This document shows positions 47,944 through 57,306 of a DNA stretch of 64,000 bases, in pieces. The stretch is from Patescibacteria group bacterium (GTDB lineage Bacteria; Patescibacteriota; Minisyncoccia; Phycocordibacterales; DATDWN01). How positions within the stretch are numbered: the first letter of the stretch is position 1; each line of letters begins with the position of its first letter. The translations under genes were made by a program, and so were the position numbers. Location: the NCBI GenBank assembly GCA_013816135.1, contig JACDEV010000001.1:28994-92993 (forward strand). Reading direction: 5' to 3'. Under the pieces are notes generated by a model that was given only the letters and a program-made list of their open reading frames with translations, did not search any database and was not told the DNA's origin.

Positions 47944-48423
47944 TTATTTAAAAAATATTACAGGTTTATCTAGCAAAGAATTTGTTATCAAAGTGACAAT
48001 AAGCCATGCAGCCAATATAAATCCCATTCCTATTAACACTTTTACCAACATAGCATTAATCTTGGTTCTTTCACTAGGATTAGAGCCATTTATCATGTAC
48101 TTAAATCCTGCCCAAGCTAATATAACCACGCAAAACATCAATGCAAACTTCGATCCCCAAGCAACGATATCTACTGTTGCCGCAACCAAGTCCTTGAGAC
48201 CACAATTACCATACACTGCTGTGTCTCCAGAACCTTGAATGCATTCATAGGTTATACCCGTATTAGTATTTTTTCTGACCGGCTCATTGACTGGATTAGA
48301 GGATGGATTAACAAGGGGAGCATCTGTTGCGTAAATTACGACAGGTAGAACTAATAAGCAACAGAATAAAATAAGTATTGGTAAGAATAAAAATTTGTTT
48401 TTTATATTATTTGAAAATCTCAT
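47944..48423 (-). CDS. VirB2/TrbC pilin-like paralog 6 (Cys-containing N-terminal extension)
   Basis: ILAWAGFKYMINGSNPSERTKINAMLVKVLIGMGFILAAWLIV. Confidence 0.4.
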   Translation of the reverse strand: MRFSNNIKNKFLFLPILILFCCLLVLPVVIYATDAPLVNPSSNPVNEPVRKNTNTGITYECIQGSGDTAVYGNCGLKDLVAATVDIVAWGSKFALMFCVVILAWAGFKYMINGSNPSERTKINAMLVKVLIGMGFILAAWLIVTLITNSLLDKPVIFFK

Positions 48424-49703
48424 TTCAGTTCTGTTCCAAGCTCATCATTTGCAGTATTTAAAGCTTCGCTAACCCTATTTCTTCCGCTGGTTATTGATTC
48501 AATCATATCACGCAAAGTTCCTGCGCTTTTGTATGCATCAGGATCTATCCAAGAATGGGCAATTAAGGCGGAGCTATAAAAAACAGACCGGAATGCATCT
48601 GCTGGCTTATTAGATAACAAATCTCTTCTAACAGGAGGTAGGTTAGTTATAGTCTCTAATGCTGTCAAAGCTGTGGCTTCTGTAAGAGCGTTTACGGCAA
48701 GAAAGGACCCACCTATCTGTTTAGACTGCTTTACGATAGCTAGAGAGTACATATGACCAAAGACAGACTTCTTTGCTGAATCACGAATTTGAGGAACATA
48801 AGTAACATCAAAATTCAAATTAGAATTCTTCTGTTGGATTGGAAATATTTCACTAGCAAATCCAAGATACATAGAAAGATTACCAGACAAAAAGAAGTTG
48901 AGTGATGATGGCAATGCTCTGTTCCATGTATAAGTAGCAGAAGTAGGGTTGGAGAATTGAGTGTAGAAGTTAATTGCTGATGTGCCTGGAGCTATAGGGT
49001 AATCAAACTGAGAATTCAAAACAGCCATTACACCTTGACTAGTTCTGCTTGTTATCGGTGTTCCCGCTTGGAGCAAAAGCATTGAAATAATTTCTTTTGC
49101 GTTTGTAATATTTCTCCATTCACCTAACGCAATAGCACTTTTCAATATGTTTCCGGAGCTATCCTTATTTGTAATCTTGTCTACCAATGGGTATATCTGA
49201 TCCCAGTACTGAGGTGGTTGTGAGATTTGATTATTAGAAAACATATCTCGATTCCAATACAGAACCATAGGATCTATTATAAATGGAACAGCTACTATTC
49301 CATCTGTTGAAAGAAAGATTTCTCCTTCTTCAATAAATTTATCTTTAAAAGTCCTTGCTGGATAACTCTTGTAAGGAATTACAAAAAGCTTCTTACTATT
49401 CTTGTAGATAAAATCATCTCTGAGAATAACGATATCTGGACCGGTACCTTCAGCCAAAGCCTCCACGAATTCTGAGTCAAAGTTTGCTGTGTCCTTTTTT
49501 ACATAGGCAATTTTCACTTCCTTGTTTGATTTCAAAGTCGAATTTTGATATGCGCTATCAAATGCTTCGTTGGAAATAGTTCCCCAAACCACTAGATTTG
49601 CACTTTGTGGGGAGACAGTGGCTTTAGAAAGAGCAAAAACAGCAATTCCTACTACAGAAGAAATGCCGAAAATGGTAAGGATGGCTATCTTGAAATTACT
49701 CAT
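48420..49703 (-). CDS. Membrane-anchored extracellular solute-binding protein (family 1, MalE-like)
   Basis: N-terminal TM anchor, then LVVWGT...EALAEGTGPDIV...VPFIIDPMVLYWNRDMF, typical of SBP_bac_1; 427 aa. Its start overlaps the methyltransferase stop. Confidence 0.5.
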   Translation of the reverse strand: MSNFKIAILTIFGISSVVGIAVFALSKATVSPQSANLVVWGTISNEAFDSAYQNSTLKSNKEVKIAYVKKDTANFDSEFVEALAEGTGPDIVILRDDFIYKNSKKLFVIPYKSYPARTFKDKFIEEGEIFLSTDGIVAVPFIIDPMVLYWNRDMFSNNQISQPPQYWDQIYPLVDKITNKDSSGNILKSAIALGEWRNITNAKEIISMLLLQAGTPITSRTSQGVMAVLNSQFDYPIAPGTSAINFYTQFSNPTSATYTWNRALPSSLNFFLSGNLSMYLGFASEIFPIQQKNSNLNFDVTYVPQIRDSAKKSVFGHMYSLAIVKQSKQIGGSFLAVNALTEATALTALETITNLPPVRRDLLSNKPADAFRSVFYSSALIAHSWIDPDAYKSAGTLRDMIESITSGRNRVSEALNTANDELGTELK

Positions 49704-50227
49704 AATTTTTTAAAAATGAATCCATAGTGATGGCTTCCCGCAAATATCTCACGGTCTAAATGAAATCCGTGGTGAAGAAAAAGATCTTTGACCGTTTCTT
49801 TTTTCATAACATGCTCTGGTATAGGTCCAAGTCCGCCGAATGAATCCGTCCAATCTACCACCAATACTTTCCCGGCAGGCTTCAATACCCTTTTAGCTTC
49901 ATTTATTGTACCTTTTTTATCCTCAACTTGAAAAAGAACATTACATAGAAACACAATGTCTGCTGAAGCACTCTTGAGTTTTGTGCCATTTTCTTTTTCA
50001 ATATCTCCCCAAATGACTTCGATATTATAAAGTCCATCCTTTGCTGCTGTATTCTTCAGTTTTGTCAGAAGGTCTTTCTGGGCATCAATTGCATAAACTC
50101 TTCCTGTAGCCATGAGAGCTCTTGCTGCTGCTATAGAGTAATGTCCTGACCCACTGCCAAAATCTGCAATTTCTTGACCTACTTGTATTCCGCACTGCTC
50201 GACATTTTTTACCGGATCAGAAAACAT
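49700..50227 (-). CDS. Class I SAM-dependent methyltransferase (first gene of the pilin-like operon)
   Basis: Motif I IADFGSGSGHYS and LKPAGKVLVVDW; 175 aa. Confidence 0.6.
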   Translation of the reverse strand: MFSDPVKNVEQCGIQVGQEIADFGSGSGHYSIAAARALMATGRVYAIDAQKDLLTKLKNTAAKDGLYNIEVIWGDIEKENGTKLKSASADIVFLCNVLFQVEDKKGTINEAKRVLKPAGKVLVVDWTDSFGGLGPIPEHVMKKETVKDLFLHHGFHLDREIFAGSHHYGFIFKKL

Positions 50228-50254
50228 ATAACTTTATTATAGTATGAAAAAATC

Positions 50255-50278
50255 CCTTAAGTAAGGGAGTTATTAACA
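50255..50278 (-). terminator. Terminator hairpin (TCCCTT-AAGT-AAGGGA + T6 on the minus strand) immediately upstream of the methyltransferase start
   Basis: Either terminates gyrA transcripts about 250 nt downstream of gyrA, or acts as an attenuator in front of the operon. Confidence 0.5.
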
Positions 50279-50414
50279 AATAAAATCTCATACTCACAAC
50301 ATGCTTTCCTCAACACGCGTAAATCGCTGTTGCGATTTCGCTATGCTCGCTTACCCAGCTGTGCAAGTCTCGGAAAACATATTATTCGATGAGATTTAGT
50401 TAAAATGAATATTT

Positions 50415-50530
50415 CTCGTTGAGTCATAAGTTTTCTGAGACCTTCGCAAGGCTGACGAGCCGAGAAAAGCAAAATCTTTTCAAAGATTTATGCGTGTTGA
50501 AGAAAACTTATGACGAGAAAGAGATTTCTA
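50415..50530. repeat. Conserved ~115-nt structured element, copy Y (paralog of 57135..57245)
   Basis: About 75% identity to copy X. Hairpins covary: AAATCTTT-TC-AAAGATTT here versus AAATCTC-AGCA-GAGATTT in X, and GGCT-GACG-AGCC here versus GCG-ACGG-CGC in X. Confidence 0.5.
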
Positions 50531-53012
50531 CAAACATATCAAACTTGCTATCGAGTCGCCCTCCCGCAACTTCATAACCCTCACTCCCTGAGTCTGACGG
50601 CCTAGAACCGGAATCTCCTTTGCGTCTACACGTATAACCTGAGATTTCTTTGAGATGGCTACAACTTCTGCCTCGTCACTAGAGAATATCTTCGCTGAGA
50701 TGATATTTCCGGTCTTTGGAGTGACCTTTGCTGTTTTTATTCCTGACCCACCTCTATTTTGGATTTTGTATTCATCAATATCGGTTTTCTTTCCATATCC
50801 ATTATTTGAAATAACCATTATGGTAGCTGAGTTAACTGAGTTTGAAACGGTTTCAGCTGATATAACTTCATCGCCCTTGCCAAGCTTCATTCCACGAACA
50901 CCCATTGCTGTCCTACCCATCTCTCTTATATCTGATTCTTTGAAATGTATAGCCTGACCTTTTGCTGTAACGATAATCACAGTATCTTTCTTGTGAACAA
51001 ACGAAGCAGAGATTAGGGAATCACCACCATCTAGTTTGATCGCAATAATTCCAGAGATGCGCACATCATGAAAGCTGGCAGTAGAAACTTTCTTGGCTAC
51101 TCCTTGTTTGGTCACCATCATAAGTGAGCTTTCTGACTTCTTAACTTCCTTTGGCATTGGAAGAATAGAGGTGATTTTTTCACCTTCGAATAATGGGAGA
51201 AAATTCTGGACTGATTTACCTCGAGTTGCTCGCCTACCTTCTGGAATATCATACATTTTGGTCTGATATACCTTTCCTTTGTCAGTAAAGAACAAAAGGT
51301 CGGAATGAGTGGAAGTTATGAGAAGCATAGTTACAAAATCCTCTTCTTTGGTATCAAGGTCCACAACACCGACTCCCCCTCGTTTTTGTTTTCTAAATTC
51401 ATCTGGATTTGTACGCTTAATATATCCGCCTGCTGTCAAAACAAGTGCGTTCTCTTCATCTGCGATTAAATCTTCAACAGATAATATTTGAGCTCCGCCT
51501 TTGATTATTCGAGTTCTCCTTTCATCTCCGTACTTTTCTTTAATCTCTTTGCTCTCATCTTTAATTATTCCAAGAATCTTTTTTGGACTAGATAAAATAG
51601 CTTTCATTTCATCTATGAAAAGCTGGACTGCCTTCAATTCATCCTCGATTTTCTTTCTTTCAAGACCTGCAAGTCGTGAAAGCTTCATTTCCAAAATAGC
51701 TGTGGCCTGGATAGCAGAGAACTTGAACTCTGACATCAATTTTTTGTGTGCTTCCGGTGTATCTTTGGAACCACGGATGAGTTTGATTATCTGATCAATA
51801 TGATCGAGAGCTTTTTTCAATCCAAGAAGGATATGTTCTCTTTCTTGTGCCTTTCTTAAATCATATTCTGTTCGTTTTCTGATCACTGTCATTCGGTGAG
51901 TAACAAACTCTTCCAAAATTCCTTTTAGAGATAGAGTTTCTGGTACACCATTTACCAATGCAACCATGTTGTAATGGAAAGCTTCTTCAAGCTGAGTGTG
52001 CTTATATATATAATTCAAAACTGACTGTGGGTGAGAAGTTCCTTTGAGGTCAATTGCTATTCGAATATCCTTTGCAGACTCATCTCGCATAGCTTTTACT
52101 CCTTCAAGTTTTTTGTCTCGAACTAGTTCAGCTATCTTTGTAATAAGGTTTGCCTTGTTTACTCTATATGGAATGGAAGTAATAATAATCTGAAAATTCC
52201 CTGCTTTGTTTTCAACAATCTCCGCAACACCTCGAGTAACCACTCCGCCTTTTCCATTTGCATAGGCGTGAGCAATATCTTTTTGATTGAAAGCCACTCC
52301 TCCAATCGGAAAAATCTGGACCTTTAACGAACTGAAGTAGGTCTTCTGTTGTTGCGTCTTTATTGTCCACAAGATGAATTACGGCATCCATGACTTCTCC
52401 TAAGTTATGAGGAGGAATATTTGTTGCCATACCAACTGCAATACCCAAAGTTCCATTCAAAAGAAGGTTGGGGACTCGAGTTGGCAAAACTGCAGGCTCT
52501 TTCTTTGTGCCATCATAGTTCGGAAGAAAATTAACTGTCTCTTTTTCAATATCACGGAGAAGTTCTCCAGCAATCCTAGACATCTTGGCTTCGGTATATC
52601 GATAAGCCGCCGCATTATCACCGTCGATAGAACCAAAGTTTCCTTGTCCGATGATAAGTGGATACCGCATCGTGAAATCCTGAGCCATTTTGACCATAGA
52701 GTCGTAGACGGCAACGTCACCATGAGGATGGTAATCTCCAATAACCGCTCCAACTACTGTCGCTGATTTTCTAGTCTTGCCTGAAACAGTCAAGCCATTT
52801 TCATTCATCGCATGAAGAATCCTTCTATGTACTGGTTTCAATCCATCACGGACGTCAGGAAGGGCACGGTCAGTAATAACAGACATAGCGTAGTCGATAA
52901 AAGAGGTCTTCATTTCATCGATAATTTCCTGAGAAATAACGTTCACTCTTGGCAATATCGGCTCGTCTTTAGGAGTATCTGTAGATTTTTTAGGCATAAA
53001 AATATAGGTCAA
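50528..53012 (-). CDS. gyrA: DNA gyrase subunit A, interrupted by a single-base frameshift (two ORFs 52212..53012 and 50528..52372)
   Basis: The N-terminal ORF has the active-site [11 protein letters not shown] and ends ...KGPDF. The downstream frame continues ...[27 protein letters not shown]... The frames differ by +1 at the A5 run 52311-52315 (T5 on the coding strand). Confidence 0.8.
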
Positions 53013-53052
53013 TTATATCATATTCATAAAGCATTTCAAACACATATTTTAA

Positions 53053-53367
53053 TTATTGATTGCTAGTTTTAGCCCTAGAAGTAGTTGTGGAATAATAAAC
53101 TGAAGAATTTTTAATGGAAGAAAGAGTGTCTTTGATTGCCTTAAATCCTCCTGTAAGAGTTTCACCAAAAGTGGAAAGTGGACTCGGCTCTAAACTAGAA
53201 GCATTTTGTGTCTGAATTTGTTTTTGTCGGAAATCTGGATAAATAACAGAAAGCCAGATTACAAAAATAAGTCCTGAAATAAAGAAGGCAAAAGAAAAAG
53301 CAATTTGTTTTTTCTGACGCGGGGACTTTTGCCTTACTTTTTCAAGTATTTCTAACATTTTAAACAA
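53053..53367 (-). CDS. Small membrane protein, hypothetical
   Basis: 104-aa ORF with one TM helix (FAFFISGLIFVIWLSVIY). Confidence 0.35.
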   Translation of the reverse strand: MFKMLEILEKVRQKSPRQKKQIAFSFAFFISGLIFVIWLSVIYPDFRQKQIQTQNASSLEPSPLSTFGETLTGGFKAIKDTLSSIKNSSVYYSTTTSRAKTSNQ

Positions 53368-53995
53368 TTTCCAATACCGAAACTTCTGCTTCCATTCCTT
53401 CCAAGTCTTTTTTCTTAATAGTTAGCTTGTCTACTGGTTTTACTGCCTCACTACCAGATTCTTTCAAAAATACTTTCAAAGCATTTTTGTCACCCACGTC
53501 TTCAAAATGACTTGGAATGATGAGCTTTGGTTCGAACTGTACAGCGAGCTTATGTGCGCTTGCTGCATCCAAGACTCCGTTACCTCCTATAGGTACAAAA
53601 AGAATATCAATACCATCAATTGCTTCTTTAGTTTCAGAGCTTAAATCCTTGTCACCCAATGCACCAAGAAAACAGAGATTAATACCTTCTAGATACACTG
53701 TATATATAGTATTGACCTTTTCTTCACCGCCGTAATTAGATTTAGATAGAAAGCCTTTGATAAAAACTCCTGATACTTCGTACTCACCTGGACCTTTAAT
53801 TAGAAATGATTCTTTGTCACCGCGTGAAGTGACGTCTGAGCCATTGTGTTCAGGGCTGTTTAAAGAAATTAGGGTTATATCGCTTCCGAATCTAGTAGCT
53901 TTTAATTTTGAATCTTTTGAAATAGGATTAACTGCAATAGTAGTGTCTCCGAAGGTAACTTTGAAAAAATCTGCACCATGGTATGTAATTATCAT
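53360..53995 (-). CDS. MBL-fold metal-dependent hydrolase (UPF0173-like)
   Basis: 211 aa, beta-lactamase-fold-like with His/Asp motifs (ITYHGADFF...SPEHNGSD...PSHFED). Confidence 0.45.
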   Translation of the reverse strand: MIITYHGADFFKVTFGDTTIAVNPISKDSKLKATRFGSDITLISLNSPEHNGSDVTSRGDKESFLIKGPGEYEVSGVFIKGFLSKSNYGGEEKVNTIYTVYLEGINLCFLGALGDKDLSSETKEAIDGIDILFVPIGGNGVLDAASAHKLAVQFEPKLIIPSHFEDVGDKNALKVFLKESGSEAVKPVDKLTIKKKDLEGMEAEVSVLEIV

Positions 53996-54085
53996 AAGTC
54001 GATTATATAGGAATATTCTTTAATTTTCAATTTATACAACAACACCGCCAGACAAACGATGTTGTTGGCGGTGTTCCACAATCTA

Positions 54086-54340
54086 CTAACCTTTGATTCC
54101 AATCCAATCTGCTTTCGTTTGTCCCTTTTGAAAAGCTTCGAGTCGCTCTTTGTACATACGTAAGTCCAAAGCTTCGACTTCTTTCTGAGGAACCTGACGA
54201 TATATAGGGTCGAATCTCAATCTACCGTACTCTTTTCCCCCTTTGGTAATCGAAAGAATATCTCCGACAGAACGACCTATCACATACTCCTTCTTCTGGG
54301 GATTGTGCAACTGCGAGAATTCAACAAAAATTGGTGTCAT
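54086..54340 (-). CDS. Hypothetical small protein (GC-richer than flanks)
   Basis: 84-aa ORF. Confidence 0.3.
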   Translation of the reverse strand: MTPIFVEFSQLHNPQKKEYVIGRSVGDILSITKGGKEYGRLRFDPIYRQVPQKEVEALDLRMYKERLEAFQKGQTKADWIGIKG

Positions 54341-54486
54341 TAACTAACCTCCTTGATTACCCTCTCATATATCCCTACCGGGGTCAATTACGTAGACAAA
54401 ACTTTAATTTTCGATTTATTTTTAAATTTACGACAAAAGAAAAGCCCCGATTGAAGCCGGCCACAGTTGGCCGACTTCTTTCGAGA

Positions 54487-54630
54487 CTAGCACTGATGAA
54501 TTGCAATGATGATGGAAAGTAGCCCGGCAAGCACAGCGACAAACGCAGTGAGCCACCGGTAACGAGTATCCCCGCCAACATACAAACTGACATTAAACGC
54601 GCACACCACTGCACACACAAAAGAACCCAT
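54487..54630 (-). CDS. Possible 47-aa hydrophobic micro-protein with a strong RBS (GGAGGATTAGATC-ATG)
   Basis: Manual translation MGSFVCAVVCAFNVSLYVGGDTRYRWLTAFVAVLAGLLSIIIAIHQC. GC-rich. The listed 78-aa ORF in another frame looks less plausible. Confidence 0.25.
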   Translation of the reverse strand: MGSFVCAVVCAFNVSLYVGGDTRYRWLTAFVAVLAGLLSIIIAIHQC

Positions 54631-54801
54631 GATCTAATCCTCCTATTCTATATTATACACAATAATACAATATTGTCAAGTAGATTAAAAACTCTCATTC
54701 ATGTATAGTCAGACTCGTACATTAATAGCCGTAGTTTGCCTTAACCTTATCTCTTCCTGAATGCTTACTGTCCGAGATAAAAAGCTAACTACACACAACT
54801 A

Positions 54802-55947
54802 ATGTCAACAGCAACAGTAGGTAACGAAGAAGAAGTTAGAGATGAAACTCTAGAAAATGATGCAGAGCCAGTAAAGAAGGAAGGAACTATGTCTCGCATC
54901 TTGAATGCGAGTGCAAACCCTCCATCAATAGATGATGTTATAGAAGGAAAAGTAATCGGGATTGAAAAGTCATCGGTTTATATCGACATACCTCCATTTG
55001 GAACAGGTATTATTTATGGACGAGAATATATCAACGCTCGAGACATTATAAAGAAGATAAATGTTGGAGACAGCGTTGCTGGAAAAGTGGTTAGCCTTTC
55101 AAACAAAGATGGTTATATCGAAATTTCACTAAAAGAAGCAAGGCAAGCACTTATCTGGAGCGAAGCAGAAGACGCTATTCGAGACAAGAAAATCTTTGAA
55201 TTACCTATTCAAGAAGCCAACAAAGGAGGACTTATCCTCGCATGGCAAGGTATTTCTGGTTTTCTTCCAGCTTCACAGCTTAAAACTGAACACTACCCAC
55301 GAGTAGCTGATGGAGACAAAGAAAGAATCTTAGAAGAACTAAAGAAACTTGTTGGTCAGAAAATCTCAGTTGCAATCATTGGAGCAAGCCCTAAGGAAGG
55401 TAAGCTTATTTTCTCTGAAAAGAATCCTGAACAGAAGAATAAAGACTATATTATTGGCAAATATGCTTTGGGTGACGAAGTTATGGGAGAAATCACAGGA
55501 ATGGTTGATTTCGGAGTGTTCGTAAAACTTGAAGAAGGCTTAGAAGGACTTGTTCACATTTCTGAAATCGATTGGGCACTTGTTGAAAGTCCAAAACTTC
55601 TATTCCACATCGGAGAAAAAGTTAAAGTAAAAATAATAGAAATAAAGGAAGGCAAGATTTCTCTATCTATCAAGGCACTGAAAGAAAACCCTTGGAAAGA
55701 AGCTGAGAAGAAATACAAAAAAGACGACGTTGTTGAAGGTGTAGTTATAAAATTCAACAAGCACGGTGCACTAGCTTCTATCGAAGAAGGAATCGCAGGA
55801 CTTGTTCATATTTCTGAATTCGGTAGCGACCAAGTTCTTCACGACAAGCTTGAATTAGGTAAAAACTATAAATTCAAGATTTCAATGTTCGATGCAAAGG
55901 AACAGAAAATGACTTTGTCTTATATTGACCCAAGTAAGAAAGAGTAG
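54802..55947 (+). CDS. rpsA: 30S ribosomal protein S1 (four S1 domains)
   Basis: Repeated S1 motifs (GKVIGIEKSSVYIDI..., GEITGMVDFGVFVKL..., GVVIKFNKHGALASI...). Confidence 0.8.
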   Translation: MSTATVGNEEEVRDETLENDAEPVKKEGTMSRILNASANPPSIDDVIEGKVIGIEKSSVYIDIPPFGTGIIYGREYINARDIIKKINVGDSVAGKVVSLSNKDGYIEISLKEARQALIWSEAEDAIRDKKIFELPIQEANKGGLILAWQGISGFLPASQLKTEHYPRVADGDKERILEELKKLVGQKISVAIIGASPKEGKLIFSEKNPEQKNKDYIIGKYALGDEVMGEITGMVDFGVFVKLEEGLEGLVHISEIDWALVESPKLLFHIGEKVKVKIIEIKEGKISLSIKALKENPWKEAEKKYKKDDVVEGVVIKFNKHGALASIEEGIAGLVHISEFGSDQVLHDKLELGKNYKFKISMFDAKEQKMTLSYIDPSKKE

Positions 55948-55964
55948 TTATCCTAATAATTTTC

Positions 55965-56140
55965 CAAGACACGCATAAAGCCCTACTAGGGCTTTTGCTA
56001 TGCTCGTCAATCAAGAAAACAATCAATAAAATGAATTGTGTCCTTTCGCAAACTCGGCTACTGCCTCAAACAGTGCTTCGGACTATTCATTTTATTGTTG
56101 TTTTCTAATTGACTGTGCAATGTCTTGGAAAATTATTACT
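55965..56140. repeat. Nested palindromic element after rpsA: terminator + 12-nt outer IR + 21-nt inner IR + a conserved core shared with 59850-59900
   Basis: Terminator AAAGCCCTA-CT-AGGGCTTTT. Outer IR TTTTCCAAGACA/TGTCTTGGAAAA. Inner IR GAAAACAATCAATAAAATGAAT/ATTCATTTTATTGTTGTTTTC. Core CAAACTCGGCTACTGCCTCAAACAGTG. Confidence 0.5.
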
Positions 56141-56194
56141 CAAACTTATTGTTAAACAAACTCAAGTGCACGTCTTGACAATTAGAGGTTTATA

Positions 56195-56518
56195 GTGTAT
56201 ACATCTGCGATGAAATTTATTGCAGGTACATGCCTTTTTATAGCCCTACTCTCACCTAACTTTGCTGTTGCTGCGGGTTTTCAGAGTGAAAAAGTTTCAG
56301 CTTCCATCGAAGATAACGGCAACTGGCAATTAACTGACCTACAGTCACATGTAACTTGGCATGGAGAGTGGCTTTTCGGCCACATGATGAAAGTCAGCGG
56401 AAGTGATGATTCATGCTTTATTCTAGGAGAAAATGAAAAAGGTTTGGTTCAACTTGATTGCACAAATTTGAAAGAAATCAGTATACTTATCTATTACGAA
56501 CACTCAAATTCTAATTAA
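56195..56518 (+). CDS. Secreted hypothetical small protein
   Basis: Signal peptide ...FAVAA|GF; 107 aa. Confidence 0.35.
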   Translation: MYTSAMKFIAGTCLFIALLSPNFAVAAGFQSEKVSASIEDNGNWQLTDLQSHVTWHGEWLFGHMMKVSGSDDSCFILGENEKGLVQLDCTNLKEISILIYYEHSNSN

Positions 56519-57098
56519 ATCCAGTCATTGCCTTATCAAGTCCATCTGAGATGAAAGTTTCGATTGTTTGATTTACTTTTTTAGATAGTTTCTTTAATTC
56601 GGCTACTTCTTCTGGTTTGAATTTACCTAAAATAACTTTTGTAACAGCAGCTTCACCAGAAGGCTTTTTTATTTTGCCTGTTGGGGTCGTTGGAGAAATT
56701 CCAATCCTAACTCTGGAAAATTTTTCAGTCTTTATAGCTTTTATTATTGATTCAACTCCCCTATGACCTCCTGAAGAACGGTTAAAAGAGATTTTGGACT
56801 TTCCGAAAGGCATATCTAAATCATCATAGATTATAATCATTTTTTCCGCTGCTTTAACACTGCCCACTAGTGGCTTAACGGATTTACCAGAATCATTCAT
56901 AAAAGTATCTGGTAACACTAAAGTTACTGTTTGCTTCCCGACTTTTACTTTCGCCACTTGGGCATTCAGTTTCTTATCAGCTTTCCAATCAGCATCTAAA
57001 GATTTTCCAAACCATTCTACCAACATTCGTCCAGTATTATGGCGTGTTTCTTCATATTCAGCACCTGGATTACCCAACCCTACTAATATGTATGACAT
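56511..57098 (-). CDS. pth: Peptidyl-tRNA hydrolase
   Basis: LVGLGNPGAEYEETRHNTGRMLVEWF Pth signature. Confidence 0.85.
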   Translation of the reverse strand: MSYILVGLGNPGAEYEETRHNTGRMLVEWFGKSLDADWKADKKLNAQVAKVKVGKQTVTLVLPDTFMNDSGKSVKPLVGSVKAAEKMIIIYDDLDMPFGKSKISFNRSSGGHRGVESIIKAIKTEKFSRVRIGISPTTPTGKIKKPSGEAAVTKVILGKFKPEEVAELKKLSKKVNQTIETFISDGLDKAMTGFN

Positions 57099-57134
57099 AA
57101 AAATAATTATAACATACCTCCTTTACTGTAAAAA

Positions 57135-57245
57135 CTCGTTGAGATCATTTGTTTTTAGAGACTTCGCAGTGCGACGGCGCGAGATAAGCAAAATCTCAGC
57201 AGAGATTTATGCGGTTTATAAAAACAAATGTTGAGAAAGAGTTTT
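57135..57245. repeat. Conserved ~115-nt structured element, copy X (paralog of 50415..50530), in the divergent pth/lepB intergenic region
   Basis: CTCGTTGAG...GAGACTTCGCAGTGCGACGGCGCGAGATAAGCAAAATCTCAGCAGAGATTTATGCGG...ATGTTGAGAAAGAG aligns along its full length with copy Y. Confidence 0.5.
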
Positions 57246-57306
57246 GATTTATTACGTCACGCAAAATCCCATTGTGTCAAACGTACATCACCTGTATACT
57301 GCAACC

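Noticed and set aside
50655-52766. Short ORFs on both strands inside gyrA
   Set aside because: They are antisense or alternative frames within gyrA. Only the two GyrA frames carry recognisable domains.
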